Shown in pieces: positions 44,599 through 54,388 of a stretch of 64,000 bases of DNA (positions within the stretch are counted from its first letter, which is position 1; each line of letters opens with the position of its first letter). The stretch is taken from the NCBI GenBank assembly GCA_964522805.1, contig CAZFWP010000001.1, positions 4,474 to 68,473 of the forward strand. Reading direction: 5' to 3'. Below the pieces are notes generated by a model. That model saw only the letters and a program-made list of their open reading frames with translations. It searched no databases and had not been told where the DNA came from. The position numbers and the translations under genes are program-made. This DNA comes from an uncultured Synergistaceae bacterium (GTDB lineage Bacteria; Synergistota; Synergistia; Synergistales; Synergistaceae).

Positions 44599-45366
44599 CT
44601 ATTCCTCCTCTCCGAGATATGCTTTGAGAACTTCTGGATGGTTCTGAATATACTCCGGGTCGCCCTCAGCTATTTTGGCACCAAAGTTCATACAGACAAT
44701 GTGAGGGCAGATAGCCATAACCATATCCATATGGTGCTCAATCAAAAGAATCGTCAGGTTAAAATCTTTGTGTATACCTGTTATCAAAGTATTGAGCTGC
44801 TCGACTTCTTCCGCGTTCATGCCGGCGGCGGGCTCGTCAAGAAGCAGAAGTTCCGGGCCGAGGGAGATTGCGCGGGCAATCTCCAAACGCCGCTGAAGTC
44901 CATATGGAAGAGTACCTGCGGCCTGATTCGCTCTGTCAGCAAGTCCGACTCTCTCAAGAAGCTCCATGCTCTCTTTGCGAGCAGCAGCCTCTTTGCTCCT
45001 CCAGCGTCCCAGATGGCTTACAGCCTCAAAAAACCCGTATTCATAATGCTGCTGTGCTGCTGTCATAACATTCTCCAGCACTGTGGAGGCTGCGAAAAGC
45101 CTGAGGTTTTGGAATGTACGGGCGATGCCCAATGAAATGACCTGGAATGTTTTTAGTTTGTTGATATTCTTCCCTTTAAATTCAATTTCACCGTTCGTCA
45201 CATCATAAACACCGGTAATAAGGTTGAAGATAGTAGTCTTGCCGGCGCCGTTCGGACCGATAAGTCCTGCAAGCTCACCCTTTTCGATAGAAAAGGTCAT
45301 ATCTTTAACAGCCTGGACGCCTCCAAAGGCTTTGTTGACGCTTTTTAGTTCGAGAACAGCAGCCAT
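44599..45366 (-). CDS. livG: Branched-chain amino acid ABC transporter ATP-binding protein (LivG type), operon 2
   Basis: [34 protein letters not shown]. Confidence 0.85.
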   Translation of the reverse strand: MAAVLELKSVNKAFGGVQAVKDMTFSIEKGELAGLIGPNGAGKTTIFNLITGVYDVTNGEIEFKGKNINKLKTFQVISLGIARTFQNLRLFAASTVLENVMTAAQQHYEYGFFEAVSHLGRWRSKEAAARKESMELLERVGLADRANQAAGTLPYGLQRRLEIARAISLGPELLLLDEPAAGMNAEEVEQLNTLITGIHKDFNLTILLIEHHMDMVMAICPHIVCMNFGAKIAEGDPEYIQNHPEVLKAYLGEEE

Positions 45367-46250
45367 TAGTTAACGCCCTCCTCTGTTGAGACCGTCTTCT
45401 TTTTACGAGAGAAGACACCTTTAATATAATCTTTTGTAAGTTCGCTGGTGCCCATAATTCCTTCAGGACGAAGAACCATGACAAGAACCAAAACCAGTCC
45501 ATAAACAAGCATACGATACTGTGAAATCGGGCGGAAAACTTCTGTGACCAGTGTCAGAATTGTTGTGCCAATAAGGCAGCCGCTCATTGAGCCGAGTCCG
45601 CCGAAAACGACGACAGAGACAAGCTCCGTGGATTTCGCCATGTCAAACATGACCGGCTGAATGAAGGACATGAACCCTCCAAGAAGGGCCCCTGAGACAC
45701 CGCAGTAAAAACCCGATATCGCTAAGCTGAATACTCGGAATCTGGCTGTGTTAAAACCTAGCAGTGAAGCGGCTACATAGTCGTCACGACAGGCCTTAAA
45801 GGCACGCCCGTAACTGCTATTTACCAGGAAGAACATCGCCACCCCCATGATTAGCAGAAAAGCAAGAGCAACAGGCATAGTTGTATATGCGTCTATTCCC
45901 GGATAACCGCGGGCTCCGCGTGTGACACCTTCCCAGTTTTCAATTATCAGTCTGATTGCTTCTCCAAGTCCCAGAGAAGCAATGGTGTAGTAGTCGCCTA
46001 CAAGCTTCAATGTCGGAATACCGATAAGGTATGCGAAGACCATCGCCAATAGTCCTCCGGCGATAATAGCCGGAATGAAATGAACTCCGTATTCGACAGT
46101 GAGAATTGCCGTAGTGTAAGCCCCAATTGCCATATAACCTGCATGACCTAGCGTGAATATTCCGGTAAATCCTGTAAAAAGAGATACACCGAGAGCAGCA
46201 ATGCAGTTAATAGCAAGGAGCGTGATTATACCTGTTGCGTAACCGTCCAT
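45366..46250 (-). CDS. livM: Branched-chain amino acid ABC transporter permease (LivM type), operon 2
   Basis: 294 aa. [11 protein letters not shown] and [15 protein letters not shown]. Confidence 0.85.
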   Translation of the reverse strand: MDGYATGIITLLAINCIAALGVSLFTGFTGIFTLGHAGYMAIGAYTTAILTVEYGVHFIPAIIAGGLLAMVFAYLIGIPTLKLVGDYYTIASLGLGEAIRLIIENWEGVTRGARGYPGIDAYTTMPVALAFLLIMGVAMFFLVNSSYGRAFKACRDDYVAASLLGFNTARFRVFSLAISGFYCGVSGALLGGFMSFIQPVMFDMAKSTELVSVVVFGGLGSMSGCLIGTTILTLVTEVFRPISQYRMLVYGLVLVLVMVLRPEGIMGTSELTKDYIKGVFSRKKKTVSTEEGVN

Positions 46251-46259
46251 CTGAAAAAC

Positions 46260-47150
46260 CTACACTTTCTCGCCGACGGATTTTCCGAACAATCCCGTCG
46301 GACGGATAATCAGTGTCACGATGAGCAGCCCAAAGACCACGAGGTCACGGAACTGGCTGGAGATGAAGCCGGCGGTAAGCATCTCCGCCAAACCAAGGAT
46401 AAGGCTGCCGACAACAGCACCGGGAAGCGAACCCAGTCCGCCGATGACAGCGGCAACAAAAGCCTTTGTCGTAATCATACCCAGCTGAGGATATAGTGTA
46501 TAGCGAACAGAGAGGAATATGCCGCCAACGCCGGCAAGAAGCCCGGCCACAAAAAAGACGATGCCGATAAGCCTGTTAACGTTTACGCCCATCAGCCCCG
46601 CCGTTTTCAGGTTATATGATGCGGCGCGAATGGCAAGACCCCATTTTGTCTTTGTAAGGAACAGCTGCAGCCCCACTAAGAAGACAACGGCCGTAACTAG
46701 CGAAAGAATGTCAAACGCACTGGTTGTCGCCAGTCCGAAGAAATTTACCGGTTGAGTCGGGATTACCGGAGGAAGGGCTCTGAAACGTCCGCCGACGGTA
46801 ACAACGAAGATATTCTCGATAACGATACTCATACCCATCGAGGCAATCAGCATATAAAGTGTGATAGGCGTACGTTCACGAATTGGTTTATACGCGAGTC
46901 TTTCAACAATTACTGCCGAAAGACCGGCACCGATAAGGGCGGCAAAGGAAGCCAGCCATATATTCATTCCAAATGTTCTGAGCGCGAAATAGCAGATATA
47001 ACCGCCGATGACTAGGAATCCGCCATGTGCGAAGTTGGAGAAAAGAAGTATTGAATATACAAGAGAGTAGCCAACTGCGATAAGAGCATAAACGGAACCC
47101 AACGACAGACCGTTGATAATCTGCTGGATAATTGAATCCAAATGAAACAC
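46260..47150 (-). CDS. livH: Branched-chain amino acid ABC transporter permease (LivH type), operon 2
   Basis: 296 aa. SNFAHGGFLV, LivH layout. Confidence 0.85.
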   Translation of the reverse strand: MFHLDSIIQQIINGLSLGSVYALIAVGYSLVYSILLFSNFAHGGFLVIGGYICYFALRTFGMNIWLASFAALIGAGLSAVIVERLAYKPIRERTPITLYMLIASMGMSIVIENIFVVTVGGRFRALPPVIPTQPVNFFGLATTSAFDILSLVTAVVFLVGLQLFLTKTKWGLAIRAASYNLKTAGLMGVNVNRLIGIVFFVAGLLAGVGGIFLSVRYTLYPQLGMITTKAFVAAVIGGLGSLPGAVVGSLILGLAEMLTAGFISSQFRDLVVFGLLIVTLIIRPTGLFGKSVGEKV

Positions 47151-47198
47151 CTCAACCTTCCCAGAGTATTACCATTTTAGCGACCCCACTTAAGGTCG

Positions 47199-47233
47199 AA
47201 AAAGTGGGGCCTGGGGATAAATCGCCAAGCCCC
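47199..47233 (-). terminator. Intra-operon hairpin/partial terminator between the binding-protein gene and the permease genes (operon 2)
   Basis: Minus strand reads GGGGCTTGG-cgatttatc-CCCAGGCCCC (9 bp including one G-U), followed by ACTTTTTCG. Confidence 0.55.
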
Positions 47234-47253
47234 TCAACAAAAAACAAACTAGC

Positions 47254-48402
47254 TTATTTCGGTTCGACTTTCTTGTAGAAACTTGTCTTAAGATCGTCTC
47301 CGACCTTGAGGATTATACCTGCTTTGTTAAGCGGGTTATGTGTGGCAGGATCCATTGTCAGTGTAGCGTGGTTAAGCTTCAGGTTCTTTGTTGTTTCGAG
47401 AGCCTTCGCGATTGCCGGACCTTCAGCCTTACCGGCACGTTTGATGGCGTCTACGAGCCAATATGTTGCGTCATATGCCATTGTTCCGTTTACGAATTCT
47501 TTACAGTCATCTTTGTAAACTTTCTTATAGCGGGCAAAGATAGGTGCCATGCCTGGGTCTCCGAGGTATGTGTGGTTAATCCAGTATGTGCCCTTCATTG
47601 CTGAGCCGGCGATTTCATTCATGAATTCAGCATAGCCATCGCCGCCGATGATGGTGACTTTAAGTCCGAGTTCCTGAGCCTGTTTGATGGCGAGAGCCAT
47701 GTCTTTGCCCATGCCCGGGAGGAAGAGAACGTCAGCGCCGGAATCTTTAACTTTTGTAAGCTGGGCGCGGAAGTCAACGTCTGTTTCACGGAAGCCTTCG
47801 TCAGCTACGATCTTGCCGCCGAGTTTCGTATAGCTCTTTGTGAAGAACTCACGAAGTCCCTGTGCATAGTCAGAACCAACGTTGTAAAGGATAGCAGCTT
47901 TATGTTTTTTGAGATCTTTGTACGCTAGGTCAGCTGCGAGTGAACCCTGATAGGGGTCTGTGAAGCAAATGCGGAATGAGTATGGACGTACTTTTCCTTT
48001 GTTATCTACTGTTACGAGCGGGTTAGTTCCTACTGTAGAGATCTGAGGTGTGGTGCCCTTAGCGACGATAGGGGCTGTGGCAATATTGATACCGCTTGAG
48101 TTTGCTCCGATAATAGCGCAGACTTTGTCGCTTTCAATCATACGGCGCACGGCGTTGACTGCGTCTTCGTTACGGGTCTTTGTATCATAGGGGATAAGTT
48201 CGATTTTGCGGCCGAGGACTCCGCCCTTTGCGTTAAGGTCAGCAACTACCATTTTAGCCATATTTACTTCGGTAATTCCATACTGTGCATAGTCTCCTGT
48301 AAGAGCTGCCAAGTATCCTATTTTGATGGGTTCTGCCGCAAATGCGGCTGATGCTGCGCAAATTACAAAAATAACTGCCAAGACTGCTAGTATCTTCTTC
48401 AA
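47254..48402 (-). CDS. Branched-chain amino acid ABC transporter substrate-binding protein (LivJ/K type), operon 2
   Basis: 382 aa. Signal peptide then PIKIGYLAALTGDYAQYG. TTG start preceded by GGAGGTG. Confidence 0.85.
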   Translation of the reverse strand: MKKILAVLAVIFVICAASAAFAAEPIKIGYLAALTGDYAQYGITEVNMAKMVVADLNAKGGVLGRKIELIPYDTKTRNEDAVNAVRRMIESDKVCAIIGANSSGINIATAPIVAKGTTPQISTVGTNPLVTVDNKGKVRPYSFRICFTDPYQGSLAADLAYKDLKKHKAAILYNVGSDYAQGLREFFTKSYTKLGGKIVADEGFRETDVDFRAQLTKVKDSGADVLFLPGMGKDMALAIKQAQELGLKVTIIGGDGYAEFMNEIAGSAMKGTYWINHTYLGDPGMAPIFARYKKVYKDDCKEFVNGTMAYDATYWLVDAIKRAGKAEGPAIAKALETTKNLKLNHATLTMDPATHNPLNKAGIILKVGDDLKTSFYKKVEPK

Positions 48403-48654
48403 TAGATTGCACCTCCAATAATGTTGTGGAAAATTTCGGTTCTGAACTTTTGCCGAGCGATTCCAAAACTTACTGCTTGTGCCTCACCTCCTCCGCTGCG
48501 TATACAAAATTGCGACTTCCCTAAATTTATGGGCAATTCTGTTTACATTCTTTATTCTATTATCCATTTCATCATCTGTAAAGAAAAAAATTGATTTTCC
48601 ATAATTATTCACGTAAATTTCTGAATTGTAGCTTTTAATCAGTTCAATTTTAGC

Positions 48655-48695
48655 AAAAAAAAGAAGCGTGCAAACACATTCGTGTCGCACACTTC
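48655..48695 (-). terminator. Intrinsic terminator of the dnaK operon
   Basis: Minus strand reads AGAAGTGTGCGACAC-gaat-GTGTTTGCACGCTTCT (bulged stem), followed by TTTTTTTT. Confidence 0.75.
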
Positions 48696-48728
48696 TAAAA
48701 ATATTTATATTCTTATTTAAGGTTCATT

Positions 48729-49862
48729 TTACTTTGTGAATTTTTCAAAAAAACCTTCTCGTGTCTTCACCTGAACCTTCATTTCTTTTGCCAGTGCCTC
48801 AAGAAGCTCACGTTCTTTTGAAGACGGGCTTTTTATGACGCCCACACGCACCAAAATATTCATATCACCGTGTCCGCCGCCCCTTAAGCGCGGCATTCCG
48901 CGTCCTTTGATGCGAAGCTTGGAACCGGGCTGTGTCCCGGCCGGAATATCTAAAGTTTCTGAACCGTCGAAGGTTTCTATTTTAACTTCGCACCCCAGAG
49001 CGGCCTGAGGATAGGCAATGTCAACAGAGGTGTTCAGGTCGTCGCCCTTACGCTGAAAACGCCTGTCCTGCCTGACTTCGATAAGGATGAAGAGATCCCC
49101 CGTAGGGCCCCCGTTGAGTCCGGCCTCACCCTGGCTGGAAACTCTGAGCCTAATTCCCGTATCAACCCCAGCAGGTATTTTGACTTCCACAGAGTGCTGT
49201 TTACGGATGCGTCCCTGCCCTTTACACTCGCGGCACGGAGTGGAGATTATCTTCCCCTTGCCTTTACAGTTGGGACAAGACGCCATCTGAGACATCTGTC
49301 CAAATGGTGTATTTATAACCTGCTGAACCTGCCCGCGTCCGCCGCAGGTAGGGCAGGTCTCAACCTTTGAACCTGGCTCAGCGCCGTTACCTCCGCAGTG
49401 AGGACATGTTTCTAAACGTGGAATTTCTATTTTCTTGCTTACGCCGCGAAAGGCATCCTCGAGTGAGATTTGCATGGTGTACTCAAGGTCGCTGCCTCTT
49501 TTGGGGCCGTTGGGATTTGACGAACGCCGGCTTCCGCCGAAGCCTCCCCCGAAAAGGTCACCGAAGAGGTCTCCAATATCTGCACCGCCAAAACCGCCGA
49601 AGCCACCAAAGTCACCACCGCCCGGAGGCATATCTCCAACATATCCGAACTGGTCGTATTGCGCACGTTTTTGCGGATCACTAAGTACCTCGTTGGCCTC
49701 ATTGATCTCTTTGTATTTTGCTTCAGCCTCCGCATCACCCGGATTCGCATCCGGGTGATACTTCCTTGTAAGCTTGCGGTAGGCTTTTTTGATTTCATCA
49801 GCCGAGGCCCCCCGCCCAACACCCAATATGTCGTAATAATCTTTTTTTCCGGGAGCAGCCAT
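48729..49862 (-). CDS. dnaJ: Molecular chaperone DnaJ (type I)
   Basis: J domain with KYHPDANP, a Gly/Phe-rich region, and four CxxCxGxG repeats. Confidence 0.95.
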   Translation of the reverse strand: MAAPGKKDYYDILGVGRGASADEIKKAYRKLTRKYHPDANPGDAEAEAKYKEINEANEVLSDPQKRAQYDQFGYVGDMPPGGGDFGGFGGFGGADIGDLFGDLFGGGFGGSRRSSNPNGPKRGSDLEYTMQISLEDAFRGVSKKIEIPRLETCPHCGGNGAEPGSKVETCPTCGGRGQVQQVINTPFGQMSQMASCPNCKGKGKIISTPCRECKGQGRIRKQHSVEVKIPAGVDTGIRLRVSSQGEAGLNGGPTGDLFILIEVRQDRRFQRKGDDLNTSVDIAYPQAALGCEVKIETFDGSETLDIPAGTQPGSKLRIKGRGMPRLRGGGHGDMNILVRVGVIKSPSSKERELLEALAKEMKVQVKTREGFFEKFTK

Positions 49863-49878
49863 CAGCGCTTCACCTCAA

Positions 49879-51705
49879 TTACTTGTTGTCTTCTTCGTGG
49901 AATTCCGCATCCACCGTGTTTGAATCTCCCGCGTCCTGCTGCGGAGCTTCTCCGCCCTGCGCCTGCTGCGCAGCTTGAGCTTTGGCATAAGCCTTTTGCG
50001 CAATTGGGTGCATGGAGGTCATCAGGGCTTCAATTGCGTCCTTAATGGCCTTGGGGTCTTCTCCTGTGAGCAGATCACGGAGCGCCTTGATCTTCTCTTC
50101 CACCGCGGCCTTTTCTTCCGCAGTGGCTTCGTCACCGAGATCTTTCAGTGATTTTTCCGCATTGTATGCCGCACTGTCACCTTCGTTGCGGGCATCAATC
50201 AATTCCTTTTTCTTCTTGTCTTCGCCTTCGTTTATTTCTGCGTCACGGCGCATTTTTTCAATTTCTTCATCGGAAAGGCGTGAAGACTGTATGGTTATGT
50301 TCTGTACTTTGCCTGTAGCCTTATCCTTCGCAGTAACGTTGACAATGCCGTTGGCGTCGATGTCAAATGTTACCTCTATCTGAGGAATACCTCTCGGTGC
50401 CGGCGCGATACCGTCGAGGAAGAAGCGTCCAAGAGAAACGTTGTCTCCCGCCATCGCGCGTTCACCCTGAAGCACGTGAATCTCCACCTGGGGCTGGTTA
50501 TCGGCAGCGGTTGTGAATACCTGGCTCTTTGAGACAGGTATTGCGCTGTTCTTCTCGATAATCTTCGTAAATACCCCTCCGAGTGTCTCAAGCCCCAAAG
50601 AAAGCGGGGTTACATCGACAAGAACTATTCCTTTGTGTTCGCCTGAAAGGATAGCGCCCTGTATTGCCGCTCCAACGGCGACGCATTCATCGGGGTTGAT
50701 GCCTTTTGTAGGCTCTTTGCCGAGAAGTTCTTTTACTTTGCGCTGAACCATCGGCATACGGGTTGAACCGCCGACAAGGAGGATCTTGTCTATTTCTGCT
50801 GTCTGGAGCCCCGCATCTTTAAGCGCAGTGCGTACGGGCTGAACAGTTCTGTCGAGAAGGTCTCTTGTAAGCTCTTCAAACTTCGCTCTGGTCAGTGTCA
50901 TTTCAAGGTGCTTAGGACCGTTCTGGTCTGCGGTGATAAAGGGGAGCGAGATTGAGGTCTCCGCCATTGAGGAGAGTTCGACTTTCGCCTTCTCCGCAGC
51001 TTCGCGCAGTCTCTGTGCGGCCATTTTATCCTTACGCAGGTCAACGCCGTCGCTCTTTTTAAACTCTTCCGCCATCCAGTTCATAACCGCAGCATCCCAG
51101 TCGTCACCGCCAAGCCTGTTGTCGCCTGAGGTGGAAAGGACTTCGAATACACCGTCTCCCACGTCAAGAATGGAAACGTCAAACGTACCGCCGCCAAGGT
51201 CGAAAACCATGATCTTGTGGTCGCCATCTTTGTTAGCTCCGTAGGCGAGACATGCCGCCGTAGGCTCGTTGATTACACGGAGAACTTCAAGACCTGCGAT
51301 TGTGCCGGCATCTTTTGTCGCCTGACGCTGGGCGTCGGTGAAGTATGCAGGGCAGGTGATAACAGCTTTAGTTACTGTACTTCCGAGATACTCTTCCGCG
51401 TCTCTCTTGAGCTTCTGGAGGATCATTGAAGAAATCTGCTGCGGCGAGTACTGCTGGTCATCTATTTTGACCTTATAGTCGCTGCCCATCTCACGTTTTA
51501 TCGAGATTATTGTGCGTTCGGGGTTGACAATCGCCTGGCGTTTTGCAAGCTGCCCCACAAGTCTCTCATTGTCTTTGGTAAACGCGACTACTGAAGGTGT
51601 GGTTCTGGCTCCTTCCGGGTTGGGGATAACAGTGACGTTGTCCCCTTCTTTCACTGCCACGCAGCTATTGGTGGTACCAAGGTCGATTCCGATAATTTTT
51701 TCCAT
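49879..51705 (-). CDS. dnaK: Molecular chaperone DnaK (Hsp70)
   Basis: [25 protein letters not shown], and an acidic C-terminus. Confidence 0.97.
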   Translation of the reverse strand: MEKIIGIDLGTTNSCVAVKEGDNVTVIPNPEGARTTPSVVAFTKDNERLVGQLAKRQAIVNPERTIISIKREMGSDYKVKIDDQQYSPQQISSMILQKLKRDAEEYLGSTVTKAVITCPAYFTDAQRQATKDAGTIAGLEVLRVINEPTAACLAYGANKDGDHKIMVFDLGGGTFDVSILDVGDGVFEVLSTSGDNRLGGDDWDAAVMNWMAEEFKKSDGVDLRKDKMAAQRLREAAEKAKVELSSMAETSISLPFITADQNGPKHLEMTLTRAKFEELTRDLLDRTVQPVRTALKDAGLQTAEIDKILLVGGSTRMPMVQRKVKELLGKEPTKGINPDECVAVGAAIQGAILSGEHKGIVLVDVTPLSLGLETLGGVFTKIIEKNSAIPVSKSQVFTTAADNQPQVEIHVLQGERAMAGDNVSLGRFFLDGIAPAPRGIPQIEVTFDIDANGIVNVTAKDKATGKVQNITIQSSRLSDEEIEKMRRDAEINEGEDKKKKELIDARNEGDSAAYNAEKSLKDLGDEATAEEKAAVEEKIKALRDLLTGEDPKAIKDAIEALMTSMHPIAQKAYAKAQAAQQAQGGEAPQQDAGDSNTVDAEFHEEDNK

Positions 51706-51793
51706 TTATATCCCATCCTTTTATGTATAAGTATTGTTTCCCTGTTTCACTGAATTTATGCACAAAGCGCGGCAAAACGCTTTTGTGTCACTA

Positions 51794-52378
51794 TTATTTG
51801 ATATATTTACCCACTCTTACCTGAGGAGCGCGTATCACTCTGCCTGCAAGTTTGTAGCCCTTACGCAAAGCACCGATTATGTGACCGTCTTTTGACTCGT
51901 CTTCAATCGGCTCCATAGATACCGCCTCATGGAGAGCCGGATCAAAGGCACCGTCGGTCGGTATTGGTTCAAGCCCTAAGCTGCACATCGCTTCAAGAAA
52001 CTGCTTAACAATCATCATTATTCCTTTATAGACGCTGCTCTCTCTGTCTTCCACCGCACCACAGACTCTTTCAAGGTTTTCGTAGACAGGCAGAAGGACT
52101 TCGATTGATTTCTCTGCAGCGAGCTTTCTGTCACGCTCCCTGTCGCGTTCCACCCTGGTTCTGAGGTTATAGTAGTCAGCGCGGGCTCTCGCAGCTTCTT
52201 CAGTCAGAGACTTAATTTCTGTCTTGGCTTTTTCAATTTCGGACATAAGCGCATCTCTTTCAGCACAGACAGCTTCGTATTGCTCTTTTCCCGCCGACGC
52301 GGCTATGGTTGCTTCGCAATCCTGCTCAGGCTGAGTTTGTAAATTTTCTTCCATGTTTTTTTTCCCTTTATTAAACAT
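51794..52378 (-). CDS. grpE: Nucleotide exchange factor GrpE
   Basis: 194 aa. Coiled-coil N-terminus and conserved ...YYNLRTRVERD.../...GYKLAGRVIRAPQVRV C-terminus. Confidence 0.9.
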   Translation of the reverse strand: MFNKGKKNMEENLQTQPEQDCEATIAASAGKEQYEAVCAERDALMSEIEKAKTEIKSLTEEAARARADYYNLRTRVERDRERDRKLAAEKSIEVLLPVYENLERVCGAVEDRESSVYKGIMMIVKQFLEAMCSLGLEPIPTDGAFDPALHEAVSMEPIEDESKDGHIIGALRKGYKLAGRVIRAPQVRVGKYIK

Positions 52379-53398
52379 TTATTCTTTGCCCTCCAGTTCA
52401 GACTCCGGTTCCAAAGTCTGAAGTACTCTGTCTATTGTCGAAATTACTTTTTCGTAATCCATGCGGTCGGGACCGATAACCCCGATCACTGCTTTTTGTC
52501 CGTTTGTAACAGTGGAAGCAGCTACAAGAGCTGATTTTTTCATCGCAGGAGAATCGTTTTCATCTCCGATGACAATATTCATCCCTTCGTTGGTGCACCT
52601 ATTTACCAAATCAATCATGCTCTCTTCCTGCTCCAGGAATGAGTAGAGCGTCTGTATTCTGCTTAAGTCCTGAAAATCAGGAAGATTCATCATATGGCTC
52701 ATCGAACCGGTAAAAACTTTTACTGCCGGCACAGCCATGACGTTCTCCAGTTCTCTTAACGCCCCTTCGCAGGCGGACTGATATTCCCGCAGCTCACTGG
52801 CAAGGTAAGAGCGCAAAGAGGTTTTTAATTCCGTCCAAGTGCAGCCCGAAAAAAGATTAACCTTACGCGAAAGTTCATCAAGATAATCCTGAGACATATC
52901 CCACGGAACGGGGATAATTTTTTGATGAACAAGCCCTCCCTGAAGGATTACCAGGAGTAAGACGTTTCTCTCGCCGATTCGGACAAAATCAACTCTCTGA
53001 AACTTAACCGTATCTAAGGGAGTCAAAGCAGCTACCCCAACATAGTTTGAAACACTGCTTAAAATATCTGACGCCGACTCTAAAGCTCCTTCAATTCCAC
53101 GCTGGTGTTCGCATAAATTTTTCAGCCAGTCGTTGGAGTGCTTTCTGTAATCAATCCTTTGAAGAACAGAGTCTACATATAGCCGATAACCCTGGGTGGT
53201 GGGGACTCTTCCAGAAGAGGTATGAGTCTGTTTGAGAAAACCCATCTCCTCAAGATCGGACATCTCGTTTCTTATCGTAGCGGAACTGTGCCCCGTGAGG
53301 TATCTGCGTGAGACCGTTCTGGAGCCGACGCTTTCTCCGCTTCTAATATATTCATAGACTACGGATAGGACAACTTCCAACTGTCTTTCTGTAAGCAT
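52379..53398 (-). CDS. hrcA: Heat-inducible transcription repressor HrcA
   Basis: MLTERQLEVVLSVVYEYIRSGESVGSRTV... winged-helix N-terminus. 339 aa. Confidence 0.95.
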   Translation of the reverse strand: MLTERQLEVVLSVVYEYIRSGESVGSRTVSRRYLTGHSSATIRNEMSDLEEMGFLKQTHTSSGRVPTTQGYRLYVDSVLQRIDYRKHSNDWLKNLCEHQRGIEGALESASDILSSVSNYVGVAALTPLDTVKFQRVDFVRIGERNVLLLVILQGGLVHQKIIPVPWDMSQDYLDELSRKVNLFSGCTWTELKTSLRSYLASELREYQSACEGALRELENVMAVPAVKVFTGSMSHMMNLPDFQDLSRIQTLYSFLEQEESMIDLVNRCTNEGMNIVIGDENDSPAMKKSALVAASTVTNGQKAVIGVIGPDRMDYEKVISTIDRVLQTLEPESELEGKE

Positions 53399-53416
53399 CT
53401 CACGCCTCCCGTCTTG

Positions 53417-53443
53417 TTAGCACTCTATCAATACGAGTGCTAA
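53417..53443. promoter_or_regulatory. CIRCE operator (HrcA binding site)
   Basis: TTAGCACTC-N9-GAGTGCTAA, a perfect match to the CIRCE consensus. It lies 19 nt upstream of the hrcA ATG. Confidence 0.95.
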
Positions 53444-53461
53444 TTCATTTTCAACGGGATA

Positions 53462-53490
53462 AGAATAACAGCCCTCTCTGCAAATGTCAA
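53462..53490 (-). promoter_or_regulatory. Promoter of the hrcA-grpE-dnaK-dnaJ operon
   Basis: Minus strand reads TTGACA (53490..53485), 17 nt, TATTCT (53467..53462), immediately upstream of CIRCE. Confidence 0.6.
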
Positions 53491-53727
53491 GACAGGTCAG
53501 AGAATCTATCTAGTCAATTTTACGTATTAAAAAACACAGAATAACTACAGGCAAAATATCACAATAAGGTATAATCATTCCGTTTAATATCACTTGGGCA
53601 GGCATGGCTTGTATCTTTTTTATCCACGCTAGTGCAGAATACCGCGCCTCATGGACGATAACGGACCAAACGGCGTTTCCCGCTGATTGCGAACTAAAAT
53701 CTTCTAATTGTATAAGGAGTCTCGAGA

Positions 53728-54375
53728 ATGGAAACTAAAAAAACAACTATTTACCTCATTCGCCACGGTGAGTGCGCAGGGAACAAAGAAAACAGAATTC
53801 GCGGTCACATGGATTTCCCGCTCAACGAAAATGGTATCGCACAAGCGGAAGCTCTCGCAAAAGCACTTAAAGACAAGGGAATAAATCACATTTATTCAAG
53901 CCCGCTTTCCCGCGCCGCAAAGACAGCGGAGATAATCAGCCAAACTGTCGGCGCCGATTATGAAACAGACGAAGGCTTTAATAACGTCTGCATCGGCGTA
54001 TGGGAAAACCGCATAAAATCAGAGCTGGCGGCTGAAGTACCCGAAATGTGGGAAACATGGCTTAACAGGCCTGAAGATTTAGTTATTGAAGGCGGAGAAA
54101 CTCTAGACAAAGTCAGAGAACGTTCTGTGGCTTCTTTAAACCGTGTTATTGCCGAACACGAGGGAGAAACAGTTGCGATAGTCGGACACAGAGGCGTTTT
54201 AAAGCCCTTGATCGCAGGAGCTCTTGATGTTGCCAAACCATGCTACTGGAAATTTCATTTTGATACAGCGTCGTACAGTGTGCTGACTCATGATTCAGTT
54301 CGCGGCTTTTGCCTGATGAGCCTTAATTACACCGAGCATCTTAATGAAATGAACATCATTCAGGAATTTGACTAA
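53728..54375 (+). CDS. Histidine phosphatase family protein (phosphoglycerate mutase/CobC-like)
   Basis: IYLIRHGECAGN catalytic RHG motif and downstream GHRGVL (second His). 215 aa. Confidence 0.85.
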   Translation: METKKTTIYLIRHGECAGNKENRIRGHMDFPLNENGIAQAEALAKALKDKGINHIYSSPLSRAAKTAEIISQTVGADYETDEGFNNVCIGVWENRIKSELAAEVPEMWETWLNRPEDLVIEGGETLDKVRERSVASLNRVIAEHEGETVAIVGHRGVLKPLIAGALDVAKPCYWKFHFDTASYSVLTHDSVRGFCLMSLNYTEHLNEMNIIQEFD

Positions 54376-54388
54376 ACGGAGGATAAAG

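Noticed and set aside
48484-48690. 68-aa minus-strand ORF between dnaJ and Liv operon 2
   Set aside because: It starts inside the dnaK-operon terminator hairpin, has no SD, and has a low-complexity AT-driven composition. It most likely represents the terminator plus the promoter/leader of Liv operon 2 (TTACAG-16-TAGAAT at about 48566-48539).
53560-53727. Possible THF or ZTP riboswitch in the folate-operon leader
   Set aside because: I could not find the conserved cores I remember for either class. Only a chance UGGGCA-like hexamer is present, and in the wrong position. I keep it only as a low-interest unexplained leader.
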